Origin: Euprymna scolopes
Taxonomy: Eukaryota
Assembly: GCA_053919585.1 (NCBI GenBank)
Contig: CM132795.1
Length of the DNA: 64,000 nt
Direction: 5' to 3' (one strand)
Shown here: positions 41,101 through 49,633 of the stretch, piece after piece
Numbering within the stretch: position 1 is the first letter of the stretch
Layout of the letters: every line of letters starts with the position of its first letter
The notes under the pieces: model-generated
What the model was told of the DNA's origin: nothing
The model's database searches: none
Seen by the model: the letters and a program-made list of their open reading frames with translations, nothing else
Program-made: the position numbers and the translations under genes

Positions 41101-43101
41101 GATTGGGTAAATTTGTTAACTTAAGTGGAACGGCTCATCAGAAACTTGTTCACGTTAGACTTAAAGACAACCATATTGTAGTCAGCTGGAAAGCAGAAAA
41201 ACGGAAGACAATTCCATAGGCGTGTAGTTCTAAGAAAAAAGCTTTGCTCATGGAATCTACGTTTAGGTTTAGGCACAGATAAAGAGTGGGGGAAATTAGT
41301 GATAGTGTTTTCTGCTAGATGCTAGAGGGGGTTTCTTGTGAAAGTTTGGCGGTGGGGTGGGGGGCATAGAATGGAGCTCAGCCGAGCACTTGCAATGAAA
41401 ATAACGATAAAGCCGCGACAAACTCGCAACATTTCTTCTGTGAGATAGAGGTTGCAAGGAGGAGAAAAGGACATCTCCTACGAGGCTACGAAGTCTATTT
41501 TGAACTCTATCAAGGCAGGACAAGTCCTTTCTAGCAGCTCCTGCCCAGATGTGGCAACAGTACTCCATCCTTGGACATACCTGACTCTTATATAGATAGA
41601 GAATTGCATCAGCAGTGAGATATCTACTGGATCTATAGAAGGATCCCACCATTTTTCCAGCGGCCTTGGCAACAGATTTAATGTATGTGTTCCATTTAAG
41701 ATCAGGAGTAAAGGTCAAGCCCAGAAGCTTGTCAAAACATAAGGACTCCCCAAGACGAGAGCCATTCAGTTCGATTGATGCCAGATGAGGATCAGAGCGT
41801 TGATGATGTAAAGATATAAGCTTGGTTTTAGAGGCGTTAAAAGTAACAAGCCACCTCTTTCCCCATTGTACCACTTGCTCAAGATCAGAGAGAACTTTGT
41901 CGTTTACGGTCTTAGATGTGTTACCATAGATAGTAGTGTCATCAGCATAGATATGTACAAATGATGTAAGGATGTGATTTGGAAGATCATTAATATAGAT
42001 CAGGAAGAGAGTTGGGCCCAGGATGGACCCCTGAGAGACTCCAACATTGATACTAAAAGCTCCTGATTTTTGCCCATCAACCACTATTATGAACCTATCA
42101 GAGAGAAACAATTTAATAATTGAGAAGACATTTCCAGCTATATCGTAGCTGGAGATCTTGTGAAGTAAACCTTTATGCCATACTCTATCAAAGGCCTTTG
42201 ATATGTCAAGAGCAATTGCCCTAGAAAGGTAGCCTCCATCGAGAGATTCACTAATCCTATAAGATATAATTGTAAGCACATCTTCACAAAACTGATGTTT
42301 TATCTTGTACGTGTTTTCTGTTGACAAGTCTGTTATGCTTTTGTTCTTTCAGCCACTGACAATAAACTGAGTCGGGTGGAGGCCCAGTCACCAATACCCA
42401 CGACTCAACAGCAATCCACCCAATCAGCTCATCAACAGCCATATATCAACTTGCATTATCCTTACTACTACCCTTCAGTATTGCCGGGAGCTGCTGGATT
42501 CCAGTATCACACAATGTTTGCTGTAAGTCCTTATGATACAGTATTTGCACAGGCTTGGAAAGTCCTTGAATTTTGTACCTTTACCCTGAAAAAGCCTTAT
42601 TTCTATTATTTCCTTGAAAAATCCTTAAAAATGTCTTAAAAAGGGTATTCTTTATGCCCAGTAAAAATTTGTCGACATATTAAAAGTAAAATCAAAATAA
42701 ATACTATTAAATTAGTAAAGTTTTGATAAAATACCATTTAAAATATTTTTTAAATATTTAAAAAAAAAAAATAAATAAATAAATTGTTCTGAAATTGCAT
42801 TGTATTATTGTGGAGACAAGAGTTCTTTCCCTTTATCACAAAACTACCCAATGTTTTCCATATAACATCAGGTAGTTTCCTGATAAAGGGACGTGATTCT
42901 TGTATCCACAATACTGGAAATTCAAAATTTTGAAGCAAAACTAACACGGCGTAGAGCAATCTACAATAGGAAAAATAACATTAAATTGCGCTTGGTTGAC
43001 CACGTATAAGTTGGTCAGGAAATGTAAATATGATTCTCCCTCTTGGTTATAATGGGGGGTGCATAAGGAAACTATCCTTGCACAAATGGGACTCTTCAAT
43101 G

Positions 43102-43132
<31 letters not shown>

Positions 43133-45296
43133 CCCCCCACATACACACACACGCAATTTTTACTGTTGTCGGTTGGAGAAATCTTTCTAGATGGAAGTCA
43201 TTTTGAGTTTTGTCCCAATCAAGTCCCTTTTTAGTAGCTAGATTTTATCCACATAAAAAACTGACTTAACTTTGTCCTCATGTTGAGGCAATAAATCTGG
43301 TTATGTAACACATAAACCATACAAAGAAATGACTGAAAATGCATACTAAACAAAAAAGTATGATTGTTGCCATTATCAGAAAAAAAATGTTGCAGAGACA
43401 AGAAAATAGTATGATGTGTTGTGCACATAAGTTTTATTTGCATTAAAAGATTTTCTGACTGATGTATCACTTTGAGAATCATCTAAGGTTCATAGTTCAT
43501 CGATTCTGTTAGAAAATACATCACAAAACTGTCAGGATTTTTAAAAGTTTTAGATTTCCAACTGCTTTCAAAATATAGTCAAAAGGGTGCAACCTTGTTT
43601 TGTTATGTTCCACTGCATAACTAGAACAAGGTCACAAATTCTCATGCCAGAAGTGCTTTCTTGTGTTGGTTCTGAAAATATTTCCAACCGATAACCGTCA
43701 TTAGACATTATTTTTAGTTATTAAAATTCACTTAAATGTACATGTTGAATTACTTTATTGCTCAAATTCTCCTTTTCTTTTTAACAGATGCCACCTGTGA
43801 CCAATACTGCACATGGAGGGAATACTGGCACGACTCAGTACCAGAAAACCTATGGATCTCATGCTTATAATACTGGTGGGAAAGGTGAACTTTTTTAATT
43901 GGTTTTAAACTATAAATTTAGATCTAATTGTTGGTTTGCGTGAGAATAAACTTATTTAAGAAGCTCTTATTTAAATCAATGTCTTTTTAAAATTTTATTC
44001 TCTAAATTCTAAAAAAAAATTATTCTAATTCTTTTCTCATTTCTTTCTGAATTCATCCAATTTATAAATGCTTTGCACTAATCCTATTTTAAATCAAATT
44101 ATGTAATCCATTCTAAAAATAAATTTAATACATCGCTTTTTCTTTTGGCAAAATTTTTTTGTGTTCTTTCTAGTAAAATCAGATTCTAATCATTTTATTA
44201 AGATCTTATTCTTAATTTTATCATGGTGTAATCCTTCTAATTTTAAGATCCTGTTTTTAAATGTTTTAAAATTTTTCTCAAATTAGGATACCCTCCTTTT
44301 CATTTGATTCCATTCATAACTTTCCCTTCCTTTCTTTTTTTCCTGTTATCAATGAAGCAAGTGGCGTTGGTTCTGGTGCAGCATCAACTGCTGACATCCC
44401 CGGATCCGGTTATGGGAAATCTCATGCTCCAGTAAGAATGCTTTTAACATCTTTTCAGTTTATCTCAACTTTTCATTTTTATTTGTCATGAAGATTCTTT
44501 CAAAGTACGTGCAATTAAAGAACAATGGGGCGGGTATTTATTTAATAAAAAGTAAATCAGTGCAACAATACTTTAAGGGGTTTATTGAGAATGTATAGCT
44601 GTATTACTTCCTATTGTTAAAATAGGAACATTTATTGAATAATTTTGTAAGTGGAGTGTGTGTGTGTATGCAGAGATGAAGTAAGATTTGAGGCTGACAC
44701 AAATTAATAACTTTTACTGATTTCCTATTAATTTAAAGGCATTTGAGAAACCTGGCTTTCATACAGGAACACCTCCTCCTTTTAACTTGCCACTGGCGAC
44801 TCAAACGCAGGCTGGACCAATGGCTGCTCCAACAACTCCATATGGGACTCCTTTTGTTCCAATTGTCACTCACCAGCCGCACTCCCAGATGCTGCATCAT
44901 CCCATGCAACAGGTAAATACTTAAAAATTCATTCAGATTTTCATTTTCTTTCCTTCCATTTTCAAGAATAAGACAATTTATCAATGTTTGGAAAAACTTA
45001 AACTATTTTGAGAAAACTATTTTACATACTTTATTTTTAAATTAAAAAAAAATCTTTTGAGTGCTTAATATTCAATTAATTCAAAATGTTCCTATCATCA
45101 CCTAAATTTACTGGAAAATTTTATAATAGAATCAATAATTAATAAACACAAAAAAAAAAAAAATCCATTCTAATAATGTTGTTACTGTTTGCAGGATTCC
45201 AGTGGTGGGTCGAGCCGTGGCTCCCAACAGTCCAGCACCCAACCTAAATCTGGAGGTTCTAAAAACTATGGGAACGCCTACTGGAGTGCTAGTTAG
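12288..45296 (+). CDS. UBAP2L: Ubiquitin-associated protein 2 / 2-like (lingerer) orthologue, 5'-partial, 15 exons: join(12288-12396,15488-15769,18398-18552,19420-19636,21032-21143,21484-22139,26914-27064,34974-35065,35967-36032,36791-36884,42353-42522,43788-43884,44358-44431,44739-44912,45195-45296)
   Basis: All introns are GT-AG with matching phases, and the joined 2551 nt read open to TAG at 45294-45296. Family signatures: PPPSK|IPASAVEMP...LDVQFGNLEFG (DUF3697/UBAP2-Lig motif), GKAPPNLPPGVP, YEELQMIQQRMP..YYD, FEKPGFHTGTPPPFNLP, QPHSQMLHH, C-terminal YW. Invertebrates have a single UBAP2/UBAP2L/lig gene, so the symbol is nominal. Confidence 0.95.
12560..13010 (+). mobile_element. Highly degraded Tc1/mariner-like fragment
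   Basis: Sequence near 12950-13005 resembles a decayed WPPRSPDL-CDFFLWG coding motif; no intact ORF. Confidence 0.3.
13042..13680 (+). mobile_element. Helitron-like non-autonomous repeat with a tRNA-like (Pol III box) segment
   Basis: a|TCTATA..ATAAAA start followed by (TGTA)n; CpG retained; A box TGGCCCAATGG at 13588-13598 and B box GGTTCGATCC at 13661-13670. Confidence 0.4.
13703..13783. repeat. 81-bp near-perfect inverted repeat (hairpin)
   Basis: ATCAAAATGTCAATGACCTTTCTT and AAGAAAGGTCATTGACATTTTGAT are exact reverse complements (24 bp); inner 15 bp pair with 4 differences; 3-nt loop. Confidence 0.95.
14006..15265 (+). mobile_element. 5'-truncated non-LTR retrotransposon (I/Nimb-like) with RNase H domain, (AAAC)n tail and 15-bp TSD
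   Basis: YTDGSK...SAEITAINLAL...VDSLSVL...WIPS..GNDKVD RNase H motifs; direct repeat AGACCATCTTAATTG at 13991-14005 and 15266-15280. Confidence 0.92.
15488..15769 (+). CDS. UBAP2L: UBAP2/lingerer exon (Ser/Gln-rich, 9-Ala run, ends RPQRTKLPPPSK)
   Basis: ctcag| acceptor, |gtaagt donor, 282 nt, phase 0-0. Confidence 0.93.
18398..18552 (+). CDS. UBAP2L: UBAP2/lingerer exon with conserved DUF3697 / FG motif (IPASAVEMPHHLMPQLDVQFGNLEFGADS)
   Basis: gtag| acceptor, AG|gtaagc donor, phase 0 to 2; hallmark family motif. Confidence 0.96.
19420..19636 (+). CDS. UBAP2L: UBAP2/lingerer exon (Ser/Pro/Thr-rich)
   Basis: ttttag| acceptor, AAG|gtaaaa donor, phase 2 to 0. Confidence 0.9.
21032..21143 (+). 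CDS. UBAP2L: UBAP2/lingerer exon (IATPDPIPFPPSPSERKSSPLIG...)
   Basis: ttctag| acceptor, |gtgagt donor, phase 0 to 1. Confidence 0.9.
21484..22139 (+). CDS. UBAP2L: UBAP2/lingerer exon, large Q/S/Y-rich low-complexity (prion-like) segment
   Basis: ctacag| acceptor, CAG|gtaagt donor, 656 nt, phase 1 to 0; overlaps ORF 21600-22211. Confidence 0.93.
22950..23620 (-). mobile_element. Degraded Penelope-like reverse transcriptase fragment
   Basis: Minus-strand remnants resembling SLYG, V-SLFT, YRRYVDD and I-FT-EKE motifs, in the expected order; no open frame. Confidence 0.4.
25630..26250. mobile_element. Penelope-like terminal repeat pair (inverted) plus possible GIY-YIG remnant
   Basis: Inverted pair agctg..ccttcaagtg / catctgaaggctg..ggctgaaa resembling 61561-61936; QYQCCCG-like remnant at ~26061. 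Confidence 0.35.
26914..27064 (+). CDS. UBAP2L: UBAP2/lingerer exon (Thr/Ser-rich)
   Basis: ttgtag| acceptor, |gtaagt donor, phase 0 to 1. Confidence 0.88.
27720..30980 (-). mobile_element. Degraded DNA transposon with Sola2-like DDD transposase
   Basis: Minus-strand ILLDFAEN, DEIQGYH, YFSDGCAGQYK..FLNLCHH..DFG...W.FF.T.HG motifs; possible degenerate TIRs TACGGGACGTTCCA (~27720) and TGGAATGTTCCTTA (~30968). Superfamily assignment is from memory of motifs. Confidence 0.65.
30191..30333. other. Assembly gap (N run)
   Basis: Run of n. Confidence 1.
30990..32500 (+). mobile_element. Degraded Penelope-like element (RT plus GIY-YIG endonuclease)
   Basis: Remnants of DK..TVV, VVNLFTKI, ML.FCMETTY, PLSPVL.N, then GDIEKSDMADHI...LWDKVKIIDR. 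Confidence 0.75.
31135..31434. repeat. 30-bp minisatellite, 10 copies (ATCAAGTTAGTACAAAATGGTATCAATACT)
   Basis: Head-to-tail identical units with one substitution near the end of the last copy; no spacers. Confidence 0.98.
33437..33644. mobile_element. Palindromic MITE (Tc1/mariner type) flanked by TA
   Basis: Whole-length degenerate inverted repeat: gatcagaaaaa/tttttctgatc, caaatc/gatttg, gtcgccta/taggcgac, actctt/aagagt; TA at both ends. Confidence 0.75.
34190..34595 (+). mobile_element. Helitron-like non-autonomous repeat remnant
   Basis: Ends in gctag|t; shares gggcat, ttttggtttcgatt and tcgcgatat words with 54900-55238. Confidence 0.3.
34974..35065 (+). CDS. UBAP2L: UBAP2/lingerer exon (GKAPPNLPPGVPLLGHHQYIMGQGTLPPYF)
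   Basis: ccttag| acceptor, |gtaagt donor, phase 1 to 0; conserved motif. Confidence 0.95.
35967..36032 (+). CDS. UBAP2L: UBAP2/lingerer exon (SLQQPLYTSYEELQMIQQRMPL)
   Basis: tctcag| acceptor, |gtaaat donor, phase 0-0; an in-frame alternative acceptor would start the exon at 35955. Confidence 0.92.
36791..36884 (+). CDS. UBAP2L: UBAP2/lingerer exon (ASNYYDMATFPVPTTLTSREQATLASVPGYS)
   Basis: ttgcag| acceptor, G|gttagt donor, phase 0 to 1. Confidence 0.93.
37420..40260 (+). mobile_element. 5' part of an I/Nimb-like LINE (5'UTR, ORF1 gag-like zinc knuckle, APE endonuclease start), degraded, spans a gap
   Basis: FPRFLII...LSPFLIEK ORF1 start; C..C...H..C / CANCRDDH knuckle at ~38540-38645; IIQWNYRG..IVCLQE..FILLGDFNCHS at 39715-40100. 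Confidence 0.85.
38777..39194. other. Assembly gap (N run)
   Basis: Run of n. Confidence 1.
40973..42283 (-). mobile_element. 5'-truncated CR1/L2-group LINE, RT domain still open, poly(A) tail
   Basis: ORF 41296-42327: LDISKAFDRVWH, GVSQGSILGPTLFLIYINDL, YADD, MEYCCHIW; poly(T) on + at 40973-40999; similarity to the 55733-57110 copy stops at ~42283. Confidence 0.95.
42353..42522 (+). CDS. UBAP2L: UBAP2/lingerer exon (DNKLSRVEAQSPIP...YPYYYP...)
   Basis: tttcag| acceptor, |gtaagt donor, phase 1 to 0. Confidence 0.93.
42540..43700. mobile_element. Probable non-autonomous DNA transposon remnant
   Basis: Starts with reiterated gaaa(a)gtccttgaa / ccttgaaaaatcctt subterminal-like motifs; extent approximate. 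Confidence 0.3.
43788..43884 (+). CDS. UBAP2L: UBAP2/lingerer exon (MPPVTNTAHGGNTGTTQYQKTYGSHAYNTGGK)
   Basis: taacag| acceptor, AAG|gtgaac donor, phase 0 to 1. Confidence 0.9.
44358..44431 (+). CDS. UBAP2L: UBAP2/lingerer exon (SGVGSGAASTADIPGSGYGKSHAP)
   Basis: aag| acceptor after a long pyrimidine tract, |gtaaga donor, phase 1 to 0. Confidence 0.85.
44739..44912 (+). CDS. UBAP2L: UBAP2/lingerer exon (AFEKPGFHTGTPPPFNLPL...QPHSQMLHHPMQQ)
   Basis: taaag| acceptor, CAG|gtaaat donor, phase 0-0; conserved motif. Confidence 0.95.
45195..45296 (+). CDS. UBAP2L: UBAP2/lingerer terminal coding exon (DSSGGSSRGSQQ...NYGNAYWSAS*)
   Basis: ttgcag| acceptor, TAG stop at 45294-45296, family-typical C-terminal YW. 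Confidence 0.94.
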   Translation, partial: DSSGGSSRGSQQSSTQPKSGGSKNYGNAYWSAS

Positions 45297-46835
45297 GCAC
45301 AGCTCTCTCTTCTCCATTTTCTCCCTTTCCCTATCTCTCTTTCTCTTTCTCGTCCTCCTTTTGCTCCTGTTTTTCTCTTCCTCCTCACTCTCACTTTATC
45401 CATTCAGTCTGAGCAACAAGGGTCCAGTTTTTTTGTTTATTTTTTTTTTAATATTTACCCTGGTAACAACTTTCTGTTGCCACTATTATTGTTGCAGCCT
45501 CTGGACTGTTCTAGCTGCCAGCTAAATGGTACTGGTGGTAGTGGCTTGGTAGTAGACTCCCCTGCCTATCCCTCTCCTCTATACACACATCCTTTTTTCC
45601 CCTTCTTTCTTTCTTCCCTCTTCCCAAAAAGACCTAAAAGTCTACTGTGAAATTTTCTCCTCCTCCCTTGGGTTGGTTACATCTCTCGGCCCTGTGCTGT
45701 TGTAGCAATACTAAACTAGCTAATAGTCTTTTTAGCAGCTCTATGTACAGTTTCGGCTCTCTTCCTTTGTTTATCGTAAAGTTTTGTGCCAGACTCCTCG
45801 GCGCAGAGACCTTGAAAACATCTCTTTTTGCCAGATAGGAACAGTGGCATGTGATATTGTGCCTTAAATGGACTACATTGTGTACCTTGCACCAAAATGG
45901 CAACTTTTGCCGTGAAAAATATAAAGAAAAACTAAATCCTATCAATTAAAAACAGGTTTATATATAATATATATATCATTATATACATGTGCGTGTGTAC
46001 GTGTCTTTTTGTATCTGCTTGCATGTATGCATTGGTGACTGTGAATGTCTATATATTTCCTTATATATATCTATCTATACATATGCGCATATATACATAT
46101 ATATAAGGAATTTGCATGTTATGTAATATACACATTGTGAAAATGAATGGAATGTAAAAAAAAAAAGAATTGCTGCCAGTTTTGTGTGAATCTACAAATT
46201 AACAGTGCAAAAGACTTTGTGTGTGTATATATACCAAACATGTTTGCGTATCTTCATATACACAAGCCTTTTAATATATGTGACGACTAACGTGTGTATA
46301 TTAATGACGTTATCCGTTCGTGTGTTGTGTATATGATTATAGGCATATATGTAATTGTATATTTATATATGTACACACACGAGTATACCCACGCACATGT
46401 ATATATTTATATAAATAATCAAAGTCCTCTAAGGAGATGGAGTTACTTTGGTATTTAAAAAAAGAAAACACATCTACAAAGAAATTAGCTGCGTTCACAG
46501 CAGCCATTAATAATGTCGGTTTCATTGCTGTAAACTTCTAGGGTCACGTCATTTTATGGCTTCTAGGGTCACGTCATTTTAATATATAAAAAAAAACATG
46601 AAATGAAGACAAGATGTTTAACAAATACATACACACGCATATGTTATGTATATGCATGGTTGTGTGTGTCCCTCTCTCCTTGTTTCTAATCTCTTGGCTG
46701 ACTATTTTGTGTGCATGTAATGATACTGTTAGTGGATTCACCCAAATATTTTAGGTTGGGTGAATCTTTATTTCTTTCACCCACCCACTTCTCTCCCTTC
46801 CCTCCCACTTCCTCTCTCTCTCTATTTTTCTCTCA

Positions 46836-46879
<44 letters not shown>

Positions 46880-47115
46880 GAAACCCTTTCAGCTGTGTAA
46901 TCTGCAAAAAGAAAATTGTATAAAAATGGAACAAAAAAAATAATAAAAAACTCTAAAGAGACCAAATGTGGAAGAAAAAACTTAAAAAATAAAAACTTGA
47001 AAAAATTATAAAAAAAATTTTCATGTTTGCTTTTTTTAAATGGATGCTGAAGTGGACGTAAATTTCTAATTGTGTCAATAAAGAAATTTAACTTCCCTTT
47101 TATGTGCGTTCTCAT
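45297..47115 (+). other. Probable 3'UTR of UBAP2/lingerer (~1.8 kb)
   Basis: Follows the stop codon with no recognisable TE; ends at AATAAA (47077-47082) followed by a GT/T-rich tract. End point inferred. Confidence 0.6.
47077..47082 (+). terminator. Candidate polyadenylation signal AATAAA
   Basis: Followed 30-80 nt later by a GT/T-rich downstream element (tttcgttgagtgttttgcatgtttttgtttg). Confidence 0.55.
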
Positions 47116-49594
47116 TTCGTTGAGTGTTTTGCATGTTTTTGTTTGTTTTTTTTGTTTTTTTTTTTAAGCATACAGAAGGGAGAAAGCAAATTTTCTAAAG
47201 GCGATAAATACTTTTTTACAAACTAAGCTCCATTTTTTTATAGAAATTAATTATTAATTTAAAAAAAAAAAAAAAAGTAAATCTTAATTTGTGACTTTCA
47301 CTTTTGCTTAAATTTCTATTTGTTTTTTGTTAATTGTCAAGCCATACAAATAGACTTCTACTACTGAAAGTCGCAAAAGTTTTACCATATTGCCTTCTCG
47401 CCCAAGAATGATAACCCCCAGTTATCTCCCTTTTACACAAGTTCTCTTAAAAACAGAATATCCCTTAACAATGATCTCTATGTATGCTCCTCCTTCCTAA
47501 GAATTACCTCCTGTTTTTCATTAAACTTTAAATGTAATGAAAACTAGTCTTGCTTCATTTGAGAACTCATATTTAAGTATATAATCATTTGAATTATTTA
47601 AAACAACTGCTTCATTTGACTAACATGGTGGATACTGTGACAGGAGTAAAATAGAGATGTGTATTCAGATGAGTGAATTAACAGATAGAATGCAGATTAG
47701 ATGGGTCAATAACAGATTGCTAACTGGGAATGGAAGTTTTTTTTAAGTGATGTGTAATAAAAGGAGCAAGGGAGGTTGGTGTTAGGGACAAGAATCCATT
47801 TCTAAGAAATGGTTGAGCTGTAAAGACATACTAAAAGGAGTTGACAAAAATCTTAGAAACATTACCAACATTTCCCTCTGTCAGTCTATGGAGCAATCAC
47901 TGACCTGTTGCATGCAATTAACCAATTCTGATTTAATGTTTTCATTTTCATAAATGTCTCCTAATGAGTTTGGTGGTTGGAATTATTTTTGTCTCCTAAA
48001 AGAAGTTTTATTATTATTACTAAAGGGAGTCGCAACTTCTCAAAGGCTACTCAAGGATAAGGATTAATTAGTGTATGGTGATTGTTACTAGCACATTTTT
48101 CTATTGGGAGGCGGGAGTTGTGTAGTATCCATTTTGTTGTATTCTCCTTTTTGGCAGTAGTTATATCGATTTCAAATAAACCAGTGTATTTTTGTATTAC
48201 TTTGGAAAAACTGCTCAGTCATTAATCAAAATTTTCTGGAATTTATTTACCATCACTTTCTTTGAGAGGGAGGGGAGTAGTGTAGTATCTAATCTGTTGT
48301 TTTGAGACCATTTTCCCAGGTATTTTCTCCTTTTTATTAGTAAGGATAAAACACTACTTCTGTGCTCAGGAGACCATCATTCCAGGAAATGCCATCACCT
48401 TCAATGGGGGGGGGGGGTAGTGTTTATTTTGTTGGCATAAATCAGCTTCACACATATCTCCTTTTTTTTTTTTTAATAGTAGTTATGATGTATCATTTTT
48501 GTGGTCACAAGATTCTTCTTGGTAGCAAATGAATTTTCATATCATTTCTCTTCATATCTTGATTTTGGACTGTACTTTTGTACAATGCTGAGAACCCGTT
48601 TTACTAACATTACTTAATATTTGCTTTTGTTCTACTTTGTGTTGTCAGGCAGCAATAAAATTGTCTTTATTATTACTTTATTATATTTTGCAAGTGAGTA
48701 GAGGAATTTCAACTGGGCGTTATATGCAATCAATAAATAAGGATTGTTTTATTGTGACAATATTGTTGGATATAACAATAGTGCTGATGGAAATAAACAG
48801 CATTGTTAAAAGTTATGATACTGATTTAATGCACACACGCACACGATGAATTGATAAAGAAATATTTTCTTCCATGATAGTTGACAGTCATTAAAAACAT
48901 ACTAGCGGAAACAGTTGACATCTTGGATTATAAAAAATATCTCAAAAAATGTCAAAAATGGTGCCTTTTGGCAATTTGACAAGTCTCATCTCAATACCAC
49001 CTTTAAGAAAAACAGTTGACCTAATTCCTTGGGGTGGTCAAATTTGTTTGGAAGTCAAATATTAGTTTCTTTGAATAAGAAAAACAATATAACAAATTTA
49101 TTTATTTTTTAACGCTTGATTATGCAAATGGAGGAGGAGGAGGGACCCTTCCATGTTAGTGATGGTGAAAGGTAAACTAATGGAGAGTGAAGGCAATGGA
49201 ACTCTCCTGTTGAGAGTGGAGGTTAGGAAGAAAAGGAAACTTTTTTCAGAGCTTGAGAATTTCAAAAAACTGCCTGAGAATTGTGAAATAAAATTCTGTA
49301 GATCAGGAGGTGGGGTCAAGCCAATTTGATTCTGAATATAATGAAAGGCAAAAATAGCCTAGAGGACACACTCTACCTAACCACTGGGGAAATCCACACA
49401 ATTCAGAAAAAGAAAAAAAAAACCCTTTGACTCGAGTCTCACTCAGTTCCAAGCCACTGCATCTACATTGTGAAGAGACAAGTCCCCAGATTTAGAGTAG
49501 ACTGCCCCAACTTTACTAGAAGCCTTCAGTCTCTGAGCTAGAGCATCTTGAGTTAGAAACGTATGATCAGAGTTTTCTAACTTTCAATGAATAA

Positions 49595-49633
<39 letters not shown>

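Noticed and set aside
41296-42327. 343-aa ORF as a domesticated or active reverse transcriptase gene
   Set aside because: The first ~15 codons come from host intron beyond the LINE truncation point, there is no endonuclease or promoter, and the C-terminus is frameshifted.
45294-45300. Stop-codon readthrough of UBAP2
   Set aside because: TAG-GCA is not a known leaky context, and the downstream sequence is a low-complexity CT tract.
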